A stretch of DNA of 63,864 bases, the filler included, from Octopus bimaculoides (lineage: Eukaryota): assembly GCF_001194135.2 (NCBI RefSeq). It is 5 parts of 5 records of this genome, joined end to end, with 100 filler letters (N's around TTAATTAATTAA, not from the genome) between each part and the next. Parts side by side here need not be neighbours in the genome. Positions count along the whole stretch, not along the records: positions 62,257 to 63,864 come from NW_026352694.1; 4 more parts are not named here. One strand, given 5' to 3'. Shown here piece by piece: positions 63,177-63,864 of the stretch; position 1 is the stretch's first letter; every line of letters begins with the position of its first letter. The translations under genes were made by a program, and so were the position numbers. The notes under the pieces were generated by a model, which worked only from the letters and a program-made list of their open reading frames with translations, did no database searches and had not been told where the DNA came from.

Positions 63177-63567
63177 TACATTATTTACATTTGACAGATA
63201 TTTGTCCTCATCTTGTTGTTAACACAACATTTCGGCTGATATAACAGCTACTTAAAGGAAAGCTGGAGAGTATATCAGCCAAAGATGAGGACAAATATCT
63301 GTCAAATGTAAATAATGTACATAATTCCTCATCTTTTAAATATAGAACTGTACAATCTAATCAGTATGGAACCGACATTAGACTTCAATGGAGACATACA
63401 GAGAAATTCCATCAAATACTTGCTCGTCTCTCAAACCATCTAACTTTCCTGTGTAGATGTAGAGACTCACCCCAAGACACCCGATGAAGGCTAGAGGGTA
63501 TATCAGCCGAAACATTGTGTTAACAACAAACAAGATGAGGACAAATATCTGTCAAATGTAAATAATG
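63177..63567. mobile_element. Penelope-type pseudo-LTR cluster (one inverted and two direct copies) with mutated HHR
   Basis: AAGATGAGGACAAATATCTGTCAAATGTAAATAATG occurs inverted at 63177-63218 and direct at ~63282 and ~63532; GACAC-CCGATGA-AGGCT..AGCC-GAAAC-ATT-GTGTT at 63476-63521. Confidence 0.75.
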
Positions 63568-63659
63568 CCCAAGGTACTATACAGTGGGACTGAACCCGGA
63601 GCCATGTGGTTGGTATGCAAGCTACTTACCACACAGCCACTCCCCCGACCATATATATA

Positions 63660-63864
63660 TATCATCATCATCATCATCATCATCATCATCGTTTAACGTC
63701 CGCCTTCCATGCTAGCATGGGTTGGACGATTTGACTGAGGACTGGTGAAACCGGATGGCAACACCAGGCTCCAATCCGATTTGGCAGAGTTTCTACAGCT
63801 GGATGCCCTTCCTAACGCCAACCACTCAGAGAGTGTAGTGGGTGCTTTTACGTGTCACCCGCAC
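63660..63864 (-). mobile_element. RTE-like retroposon 3' tail with (GAT)n end
   Basis: (CAT)n-CGTTTAACGTCCG...CATGCTAGCATGGGTTGGAC...CAGCTGGATGCCCTTCCTAACGCCAACC on the plus strand. Confidence 0.75.

Noticed and set aside
11021-63650. tRNA-like A/B-box sequences as tRNA genes
   Set aside because: All run into SINE bodies and lack a complete cloverleaf or oligo-T terminator.

Overview
Eukaryotic, AT-rich, gap-ridden draft-assembly DNA; no prokaryotic features, CRISPR, rRNA or true tRNA gene were seen. The [11 protein letters not shown]-type zinc-finger arrays, dense microsatellites and recurring tRNA-derived SINEs point to a coleoid cephalopod, probably Octopus (inference). The first 7.4 kb holds two minus-strand, effector-less C2H2 zinc-finger paralogues (18 intact plus 2 degenerate fingers; 12 fingers). 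They share a ~400-nt untranslated leader and splice acceptor and show finger loss at their 3' ends, and an orphan finger relic lies between them. The remaining ~55 kb has no convincing host protein-coding exon and is mostly decayed mobile DNA: mariner, Tc1-like, pogo/Tigger, Penelope-like elements (PLEs), RTE, CR1/L2 and Tx1 LINE fragments, SINEs and MITEs. The best second-look signals are: (i) six recognisable hammerhead-ribozyme (HHR) motifs, one with an intact core (55944-56025) followed by a perfect 25-bp antisense copy of its own 3' half; (ii) a PLE GIY-YIG endonuclease whose two catalytic strands are separated by ~190 codons of open low-complexity sequence instead of ~11; (iii) a fold-back mariner made of two 5' ends joined at an 8-bp microhomology; (iv) a 5-bp deletion that removes an intact 13th finger from the second ZNF gene. 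All alignments were done by eye and no database searches were run.
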